A DNA stretch of 64,000 nt. Origin: Cenococcum geophilum (Eukaryota). Of this stretch, positions 60,915 through 64,000 are shown piece after piece. Positions within the stretch are counted from its first letter, which is position 1. Each line of letters starts with the position of its first letter. The notes under the pieces were generated by a model. That model was not told the origin of the DNA. It searched no databases and was given only the letters and a program-made list of their open reading frames with translations. A program made the translations under genes and the position numbers. The DNA lies in assembly GCA_050273025.1 (NCBI GenBank), contig CP158635.1:1860001-1924000 (forward strand), given 5' to 3'.

Positions 60915-63900
60915 TATTAGCGACTTAGTTAATTAAGACATAAGCACGGCAAAAGGGTCGCGCAAGCCTATACGATTGGATTGTCTATAAACGAGAATCT
61001 AAAGCTAAAGAAAGGAAAGGAGAAGAAGGGGAGCGCCGCTCGAAGCTATATACAATCTTCGCGTCACGTAACCACAATATACGGCAATCTGTGGTAACTT
61101 GCCAGTGCGTAGTTCTGCCAAGTTCTGCTAGTGCCGTAATATTACCCCCCCCTCTAAAAAAGCCTGCCCTTAGGCTTTGCCGCTAAAAGTCTTAGTAAGA
61201 GAATCTAACTAATTAGATAACTTCGACCACTAGTTAAAGTTCCTAGATATCTTAATACCTTATATAATTAAGAAATTTCTAGGGTGTTCTTATCCTTATA
61301 TTCTTCTAGTAGCTTATTATCTTTATTATACTAGCATTCTATCTACTTATCTAGGTACTTTGGCGGTCTAGGTTTATTAGGGTAACAGCTATAAAACTCC
61401 TAAAGCTTATAGGGGCTACCTATAAAGTTCTATATAGGGTACTAAGTGGGGTCTGGGTTATATCCTTTCCAACTAATATAATACTTTAACGTTCCCTTTA
61501 TAAGTTTATAGGCCAGTATTTCTTTAATTTCCCATTTATTATTATTGTTAACTTAAATTAATAGGGGAGGTTTATTCTTTTATCCGGGTAGTAGGTTATT
61601 TATAGCTTTCTATAGCTTATCTAGTAAGAAGATAGGGTGGACTTTAATTAAGTCTGGGAGCTTAACCTTATACAAGTTGCCTACTTTATTAAGAATTTTA
61701 TACAGTCCTGCTATTTTATAGTCTAGCTTATAGCTAGGCCGTTTTATCTTTTAGTTCTTTATTATAACCCAGACCATATCGCCTATAGTAAAGTTAGGCT
61801 CGCGCCTATACTTATTTACCTACTATTTTATTAACTTCTAGGCCTTTTTTAGGTTTATACGGGCTACTTTCTAGGCTTCTTCTAAGCGCTTAGCGTACTG
61901 CTAGGCTTCCTTATAAGATAGTTTTTTATATACAGTCTAGGGCCCTTCTAGTCTTTCCCAGTTAAAGCTTATATAGGGTAGGTAACCTATTTTTAGTTAA
62001 ATAGGGGCAAATCCAGTAGAGTCGTGGGGTAGGGTCGCTTGGGTGTAGTCTATTAAGGGCAATAATTCGGCCTAATTATCCTAAAAGTAGTTAATAAAAG
62101 GCCGGAGTCTCTAGTCTAAGTATTAATTTATAATCTCCGTTTAACCGTCTGTCTGGGGGTAATATACTGTAAAAAGCTTTAGCTTAATGCCTAGGATCCG
62201 GGTAAACTTATTCTAAAAGGCTGATATAAACTACGGCCTATAGTTAGATATAATAGTGTCTAGTGGTCTGTAAATTTGGTAAATGTAGTAGATATACAGT
62301 CGGGCTGCCTCTTTAGCATTAATATTCTTGTGATGGGGAATTAAAAATAGGCGCTTGCCAAAGCAGTTAACTAGGATTATAACTATATTATATCCGTTAC
62401 GGTCTAGAGGTAGCTTATAAAAGTCTATAGAGATATATTACTAGGGGCGGTTAGGTATTAGGAGGGGTTTTAATAATCCTAGGGTTTTATCTTATAGGAT
62501 TATAGACCTATAGTAGTCGTTGCAGTTCCGTATATAGCGGTTAATATCTATAACTATTCCGGGCTAGTAGTAGCGGTCGCTAATAATCCTATAGGTCTTA
62601 TTCTTTCTAGGGTAGGCCGTAGAGACCTAGGTATATGCTTTAGTAATAAGCTAAGTCTATAAGTTCTGTTCCTCTACTACTACCAGCCGTTTCTAATGCT
62701 TAAGTAATCCATTTTTGAGGGACCATAGGCTGGTAACGTTCTTTACCTTTTCACGGTACTCCTATAGAAAAGGGGCCGTACGGTTTATCTATAGTAATTT
62801 GTTGATTAAGTTAAGTCCTAAAGGGTTAATAGGATATATCTTGGCGCCTAAGGAGTCTATACTTAGTTCTGCCTATATCTAGGGGTTAAGGTGCTCTAGT
62901 TATAGTAGCGTCTAGGTCCGTAATAAGATCTTTATAGCCGTATAGTTACCTAGGTCTTATTCGCGCCTAGTAAGAGCATCCGCATAGTTTATAGCACCTA
63001 GTCTATATATAATTAAGAAGTTAAACTAAGATAGGATATCCGCCTAGCGTGCCTGCCGGGCTATAAGGGCCTTAGTTATTATAAAGTATTCTAGGGCCTT
63101 ATAATCTAATACTACTTTAATAGGTTTAGGGGTCCCCTCTAGCTATATACGCTAGTGCTAAAAGCTAGAGATAATAGCCAGTATTTCTTTATTATAGATA
63201 TAGTAGTTTAGTTTAGTATCTATTATAGTCTTTAAATAGTATATAATAGGGTGCTATTTTCTGTCCAGTTGCTTTTGGGAAAAAATACTAGCTATTACGC
63301 CGTCTAAGGCATTAGTTTCTAGTATTAAGGGCCGTTTTAGGTTAAAGTAGGCAAGTAGGGGGGCCGACACTAGCCGTTTTTTAAGCTCCTTAAAGGCCTG
63401 TATATATATAGCGTTAAAGTAAAAGGGCTAGTCTTTCCTAGTAAGGCGGTTAAGAGGCTAGGTAATCCTGCTATAGTTCTTAATAAAGTGTTAGTAGAAG
63501 TTATAAAAACCTAAAAATAATTACACCCCCTTTATGGTCCGTGGGGGCGTCCACTAGTTAATTGCGGTTGTTTTCTTTAGGTCGGCCTTAATTCCGTTTA
63601 TGCTAATAATAAAACCTAGGTACTTTATACGTTTAATACTAAATTTTAACTTCTTAATATTGGCCTGGAGGCCAGCTTTGTGGAGCCGTTATAGGACTTT
63701 ATAGACGTACTCCTTATATTCTAGTTTATTCTCTAAGTAGATTATAATATTATCTAAATAGGCCGTATAGAAGTCGTTAAGGTAGTTAAAGAGTACATCG
63801 TTTATATACCGCTAGTACGTAGCTAGTCTATTAGTTAGTCTAAAAGGAAGTACCTTATATTTATACATCCCGTAATAGGTCCGGAATATAGTAAGATCTT

Positions 63901-64000
63901 TAAACCTAGGGTCTATCCTAATTTAGTAAAAGGCCTAGCGGATATTAAGCTTTATAAAAACCTTAGCTCTACTTATTTAGGTAAGAGTCTTATTAAGTAA
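60915..64000 (-). mobile_element. Ty3/Gypsy chromovirus H, cut by the window edge
   Basis: 3' LTR at ~60915-61141 (left edge inferred) and PPT complement at 61145-61155. Chromodomain WEIKEILA..YYISWKGY, integrase DG(Q)TE, RNase H LET(D)A(S)D and RT AYLD(D)IIIY. Confidence 0.9.

Overview
Genomic DNA from a filamentous ascomycete, judged from repeat-induced point mutation (RIP; CpA>TpA and TpG>TpA), short GT-AG introns and fungal transposon (TE) families. About 90% of the window is RIP-mutated TEs. The first ~3.7 kb is GC-balanced and holds a pseudogenised glyoxalase/VOC-family gene and a degenerate F-box-like gene. A hAT DNA transposon of ~2.9 kb has been inflated to 47.8 kb (3749-51538) by a nest five levels deep that resolves fully: hAT > [Ngaro tyrosine-recombinase retroelement; chromoviral Gypsy A > [Ylt1-like Gypsy B > Gypsy C (same family as A) > Copia D; Copia E; truncated LINE]]. 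Every insertion has its target-site duplication (TSD) or junction intact. A 2.5-kb island follows, with MITEs and one apparently intact small gene encoding a Lys-pentamer-repeat, Cys-rich peptide ending CTVM-RK. A second nest closes the window: a gag-only LINE-like element, Copia F and Gypsy H. The most striking observation is that Gypsy B carries, between its integrase and 3' LTR, an extra ORF of ~920 codons that de-RIPs to a 2-oxoglutarate/Fe(II) dioxygenase-like protein (HxD...H...R). Gypsy A and C carry a spliced antisense six-cysteine gene. Protein calls inside TEs come from hand translation with RIP reversed, and their ORF ends are approximate.
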